From Alphaproteobacteria bacterium (GTDB lineage Bacteria > Pseudomonadota > Alphaproteobacteria > GCA-2731375), in NCBI GenBank assembly GCA_965232515.1, contig CBDDPY010000002.1, forward strand, positions 2,240,001-2,304,000: a DNA stretch of 64,000 bases, written 5' to 3'. How positions within the stretch are numbered: the stretch's first letter is position 1; the number at the start of each line of letters is the position of its first letter. Shown one piece after another: positions 61,052-64,000 of this stretch. The position numbers were made by a program, and so were the translations under genes. A model generated the notes under the pieces. That model did no database searches, was not told where the DNA came from, and was given only the letters and a program-made list of their open reading frames with translations.

Positions 61052-62080
61052 CTACTTCGCGACCAGCCGCTCGGGCACGGTCAGGCCGGCCTCGCGGTAA
61101 TAGCGCAGGGCGCCCGGATGCAGCGGGATATTGGCCTCGTCCAGCGCCTTCTCGAACGCGATCTCCCGCATCCACGGTGCGGTGTCCTGCATCTCCTCGG
61201 CCCCTTCCCAGAACGCCTTGGTCATGTTGTAGATCACGTCGTCGGGCATGTCGGCGCGGGTGGCGATGCCGACAATGGCGCCGATGGTGACGGCCGGGCG
61301 GTCGTTGACCTGGTTCTTGCCGTAGATACCGGCCGGAATTTCGCCGAGCAGGCCGCCGGGCCGCTTGATCAGCTTTTGCACCGGCTCGCTGGCGAGCGCG
61401 GCCTCCGACAGCGACAGAAAGCGGATCTTGTTGGTCAGCGCCACCTGCTGGATCACCGGGCTCGGCGGGTTGGTCGGGTTGATGTAGACGTCGATGCGCC
61501 GGTCCTGGAAGGCGGCGCCGGCCGCGTCCCAGCCGAGCTTGACCGACTCGAAGTCTTTGCCGGGCTCGTAGCCGGTCGCGCCCTTCACCAACTGCGTCGC
61601 CACGCGCAGGGCGGCGCCGCCGGGCGGGCCCAGGAAGACCTTCTTGCCCTTGATGTCTTCCAGCGTCTCGATGCCGGAATCGGCATAGACCGTGACGTGG
61701 TAGAGGCCGATCGGAAACATCATGATCGAGCGGAGCTTTGTGGCCAGCTCCGGCGCCGCGTCGACCTTCTTGAACATGGCCTGCTGCTTCTGCATGAAGA
61801 TCTGAATGATCGGCGCGGTCATGAACAGGTCGATCTCGCCGCGCGCGGTCTCCATGGCGTGCCGGGTGGCGACGCCGGTAGCATTCACCTGGATCTCGTA
61901 GTCCGGCAGCTTCTTGTTGATGATGTTGGCGAACGTCGTCATCACCAGGTAGGGCGAGCTGCCTGGCCCCAGCGTCGACATCTTGTAGAAATCCTTGGCC
62001 GACGCACCGGCGGCGAACACCGTCGCCGCGAGGGCGGCGGCCGCCAAGGCGGTCAGCGTCCGTTTGCAGGTTTCGATCAT
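61052..62080 (-). CDS. TAXI-family TRAP solute receptor
   Basis: Signal peptide, GSSPY, IKGKKV.LG.PG, PLHPGALRYY. RBS GGAGGA. The ORF-track start at 63595 is over-extended. Confidence 0.9.
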   Translation of the reverse strand: MIETCKRTLTALAAAALAATVFAAGASAKDFYKMSTLGPGSSPYLVMTTFANIINKKLPDYEIQVNATGVATRHAMETARGEIDLFMTAPIIQIFMQKQQAMFKKVDAAPELATKLRSIMMFPIGLYHVTVYADSGIETLEDIKGKKVFLGPPGGAALRVATQLVKGATGYEPGKDFESVKLGWDAAGAAFQDRRIDVYINPTNPPSPVIQQVALTNKIRFLSLSEAALASEPVQKLIKRPGGLLGEIPAGIYGKNQVNDRPAVTIGAIVGIATRADMPDDVIYNMTKAFWEGAEEMQDTAPWMREIAFEKALDEANIPLHPGALRYYREAGLTVPERLVAK

Positions 62081-62109
62081 CGGGGTTCCTCCCTTCGTTC
62101 GTTCAAGGT

Positions 62110-64000
62110 TCATTGCGGACTTGCCTGCGGCGCGGCACGCGCGTGCCGCAGACGCTCGAAGACGAGAATGGCGACGGCCAGCAGCAAGGCACCCGCCTCC
62201 ACCGCCGCGAACGGCAGCAGCACCAACAGGCCGAGCGCGATACGCAGACAGCGCGACCAGGCCGGCAGGGTGCCCCCGTCGTAGCCGGAGAGACCGGTTG
62301 TGAACAGCCAGATGGCGACGCCGAGACGGACCAGCACCCAGACGAAGGCGATGACATCGAAGCTTTCGACCAGCGACAGGGCCGGGTTGTAGACCAGCAC
62401 GAACGGGATGACGAAGCCGATCAACGCCACCCGCACGGCATCGACCGCCGTGCCCATGGGATGCGCGCCACTGATCGGCGCCGCGGCATAGGCCGCGAGC
62501 GCCACCGGCGGCGTGATCGACGACAGCACGCCGAAATAGAGCACGAAGAGATGCACGATCAGCGTCGGCACGCCGAGCTGCTCGATGGCCGGGCCCATGA
62601 CCAGCACGATGATCAGGTAGGCCGGCACTGTCGGCATGCCCATGCCCAGCACCAGGCAGCCCAACATCATCAGCAACAGCGACAGGAACAGGCTGTCGCC
62701 GGCGAGCGACAGGATCACCGTGGCGAAGCGCAAGCCCAGGCCGGTCATGTTCATGGCGCCGATGACGATACCGACGGCGGCGACGGCGACCATGATCTTG
62801 GCGCCGTTCTCGCCGGCCCGGGCCAGCGCGTCCAGCAGCCGTTTCGGCCGGCGGCGGACCTCCGGGTTCAGCACGAAGCCGGCGACAATAGCGGTGACCG
62901 TGGCCCAGAAGCCGGCGAGCGCCGGCGAGCGGCCGCTGACCAGCAGGCCGATAATGACGCAGAGCGGGATGATCAGCGCCAGCGACATCAACCAGTCCTG
63001 ACGCGTGATCCGCTCGCGCTGATCGGGCGGGATCGGCTCGATGCCGCGCTTCACCGCCTCGACGGAGACGGCGCAGAACAGGCTGCCGTAGTAAAGCAAG
63101 GCCGGCACCAGCGCGGCGACGCAGATCGTCAGATATGGGATGCCGGTGACGTCCGCCATGATAAAGGCGACGGCGCCCATGACCGGCGGCATGAACTGGC
63201 CGCCCGACGAGGCCGCGGCCTCGACGGCGCCGGCGAAACGTCCGGTGAAGCCCCGCTGCCGGATCATCGGGATGGTGAAGACGCCGGTGCCCACGACATT
63301 GGCGGCGACGCTGCCGGACATGGTGCCGAACATGGCGCTGGCGACGACGGCGGCATGGCCCGGACCGCCGCGCAGCCGGCCTGTGGCGGCAAAGGCGATG
63401 CGCAACAGCGAGCGGCCGGCGCCGATGCCGTCCAGAACGACGCCGAACACGACGAAGACCAGGATGAAGCTGGTGACCACGGCGACCGGCCGGCCGAAGA
63501 CGCCGTCGAAGCTGTACCAGATCGTGCGGATGGTCTGCTCGGCGCTGAACCCGGCATGCTGCAGGATCCAGGGCAGGTGCTCGCCGGCGAGGCAATAGGC
63601 CAGCGCCGTCAGGCAGACCAGGAACAGCGGCAGACCGAACAGCCGCCGGGTCATTTCCAGCAGAACGAAGACACCGAGCCAGCCGAAGAACTGATCCGTG
63701 ACCGTGAAGTCGTAGAGGCCGGTCTCCAGCTCTTCCGACAACGACACGGCCCAGTAGGCCGCGAGAACGCCGGCGACGGCGATGGCGACATCGATCAGAC
63801 GCGTTAAAGGCGCGCCGGCGGCCAGCACCGGGACGGCCAGCGCGACGATCACCAGCGCCAGGCCGACCGTGCCGACGCGGAGCAGCACTTCCTCGAAAAC
63901 GCCGAAACCGGCCGTGTAGACAGCCACGGCGCTCAGCACCAGGCCGAGCCCGTAGAGCATTGCCGTCGTCGCCTTGCCGACGGCCGTCCCAGACGTGCTG
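62110..64000 (-). CDS. TRAP transporter fused permease (4TM/12TM), probably truncated at the window edge
   Basis: GTMSGS..ANV, EAAASSGGQFMPPVMG, LGMGMPT, ITPPVALA. The frame stays open beyond ATG 63960 to the window end. Confidence 0.92.
   Translation of the reverse strand, partial: STSGTAVGKATTAMLYGLGLVLSAVAVYTAGFGVFEEVLLRVGTVGLALVIVALAVPVLAAGAPLTRLIDVAIAVAGVLAAYWAVSLSEELETGLYDFTVTDQFFGWLGVFVLLEMTRRLFGLPLFLVCLTALAYCLAGEHLPWILQHAGFSAEQTIRTIWYSFDGVFGRPVAVVTSFILVFVVFGVVLDGIGAGRSLLRIAFAATGRLRGGPGHAAVVASAMFGTMSGSVAANVVGTGVFTIPMIRQRGFTGRFAGAVEAAASSGGQFMPPVMGAVAFIMADVTGIPYLTICVAALVPALLYYGSLFCAVSVEAVKRGIEPIPPDQRERITRQDWLMSLALIIPLCVIIGLLVSGRSPALAGFWATVTAIVAGFVLNPEVRRRPKRLLDALARAGENGAKIMVAVAAVGIVIGAMNMTGLGLRFATVILSLAGDSLFLSLLLMMLGCLVLGMGMPTVPAYLIIVLVMGPAIEQLGVPTLIVHLFVLYFGVLSSITPPVALAAYAAAPISGAHPMGTAVDAVRVALIGFVIPFVLVYNPALSLVESFDVIAFVWVLVRLGVAIWLFTTGLSGYDGGTLPAWSRCLRIALGLLVLLPFAAVEAGALLLAVAILVFERLRHARAAPQASPQ

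Overview
High-GC window that looks like an alphaproteobacterial (Rhodospirillales-like) chromosome. Evidence: choXWV-betI-betA, pimC/pimD-like genes, a PAS_5-type protein and a CtrA-type box. Most of it is ordinary transport and catabolism: choline uptake and oxidation, cecR-ybhGFSR efflux, a pyrimidine/beta-alanine N-release cluster with ald, chrA, acyl-CoA dehydrogenases, mtnA, and a TAXI-TRAP transporter with a sulfatase. Several AT-richer accessory inserts interrupt it. The best candidates for something new are: (1) 12184-14548, a three-gene operon encoding a 433-aa probable TIM-barrel protein with a Cys/His cluster, an Xre/MbcA-type antitoxin and a RES toxin, preceded by a promoter with about seven 12-bp-phased repeats; (2) 36712-37704, a lone gene fusing a phage tail-terminator-like domain to a SPRY-like domain, with no prophage nearby; (3) 2992-4451, a coupled NUDIX + multi-TM protein pair; (4) 4696-4925, an unannotated 21-aa leader peptide with alternative RNA pairings ahead of an ABC exporter; (5) 158-1486, an S1 protease followed by a stand-alone mimic of its own N-terminal domain. 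I saw no rRNA, tRNA, CRISPR array, integrase or transposase. All family assignments come from reading motifs by eye, not from database searches.
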